The notes beneath the pieces are model-generated. The model searched no databases and was not told where the DNA came from. It saw only the letters and a list, made by a program, of their open reading frames with translations. This document shows, one piece after another, positions 60,127 through 60,570 of a stretch of DNA of 60,570 nucleotides. The stretch comes from Clostridiales bacterium (lineage in GTDB: Bacteria; Bacillota; Clostridia; Lachnospirales; CAMVHY01). Numbering within the stretch: position 1 is the stretch's first letter; each line of letters begins with the position of its first letter. Made by a program: the position numbers and the translations under genes. The stretch is from the NCBI GenBank assembly GCA_031265515.1, contig JAISCN010000028.1, forward strand, positions 1 through 60,570, given 5' to 3'.

Positions 60127-60570
60127 ATTTTTCCCTCTTTTATCACTTCAATAACTTATTTTAATTATAACAGCAAAACTAAAAAATTATATTAATTTTT
60201 ATAAATAATATAAAATTTTAAAATTTCATGATCAATATATAAAAAAATTACTGAAATTTAGTTCAATCAGCGGACTTATATAAATAAATCATTATTTAAA
60301 ATTATTTCTGGTCAAGTTTTTTAATTTATTTTTAATTTAAAAAAACATAGTTGCTAAATTTATTTTTATTGCTAGAATGTTTTTTTGTGGCTTTTGTCGA
60401 AGATTTTTAATTATCTATTGTGTGATATTAAAAATTGACGAACAGGCGGTTAGCCTCCAAGATTGGAGGTGAGTGTATAAAAAAAATACTGCTACAAATT
60501 CTAGTCAATGTTTTAGAAAAAACACTAATAGAAGTTGTGCAATATATTTTTAAAAACTTTAAATAACCGC

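Overview
This is a very AT-rich, gene-dense chromosomal segment. It looks like a genome-reduced but still cell-walled Firmicute, probably Clostridia-like. Supporting signs are codY, an SLH-domain remnant, a DUF4397 protein, GGAGG-type ribosome-binding sites and many TTG/GTG starts.

About 40 housekeeping genes can be recognised:
- Peptidoglycan and division: murB, murD, mraY, a SEDS protein, a class A PBP, rsmH-ftsL.
- Translation: metG, thrS, alaS, rplS, rpmH and four tRNAs.
- Other: ffh, secG, lspA, atpG-atpD, trkAH, prs, gmk, folD, pdp, mfd, codY, pepF.

I saw no transposase, integrase, phage gene, CRISPR array or rRNA.

Main finding: at least seven orphan genes are scattered singly among the core genes (3480-4325, 8430-9173, 16298-17551, 32116-33000, 35946-36869, 51743-55192, 59221-60126, plus the partner ORF 4444-5028).
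- They have no signal peptide.
- Their residue composition is unlike the K/N/I-rich core proteins.
- Several have long coiled coils.
- Each carries a 40-60-residue bilobed (two-lobe hairpin) hydrophobic domain, C-terminal in six and internal in 3480-4325. Where the anchor is terminal it is usually followed by a short basic tail.
- Three of them, including a 1149-aa giant, share a recognisable anchor motif (IGGST ... SINxxNx[ST]A ... LFLxC.IT).

The architecture recalls chlamydial Inc proteins or eukaryotic tail-anchored golgins. I propose them as a candidate undescribed membrane-scaffold or host-interface protein family.

Secondary observations:
- Four or five conserved genes have conserved N-termini upstream of any ATG/GTG/TTG. 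These are candidate AUU/AUA/AUC initiation sites.
- Domain-level gene erosion: mfd lacks the UvrB-homology module, thrS lacks the TGS domain, one LytM domain is degenerate, and an SLH gene survives only as a remnant.
- An inverted murB fragment lies upstream of murB.
- The prs 3' end is tandemly duplicated.
- A roughly 205-bp intergenic repeat occurs in two copies.
- The dcw and atp operons are fragmented.

All calls come from reading the sequence and the ORF translations. No database search was run.
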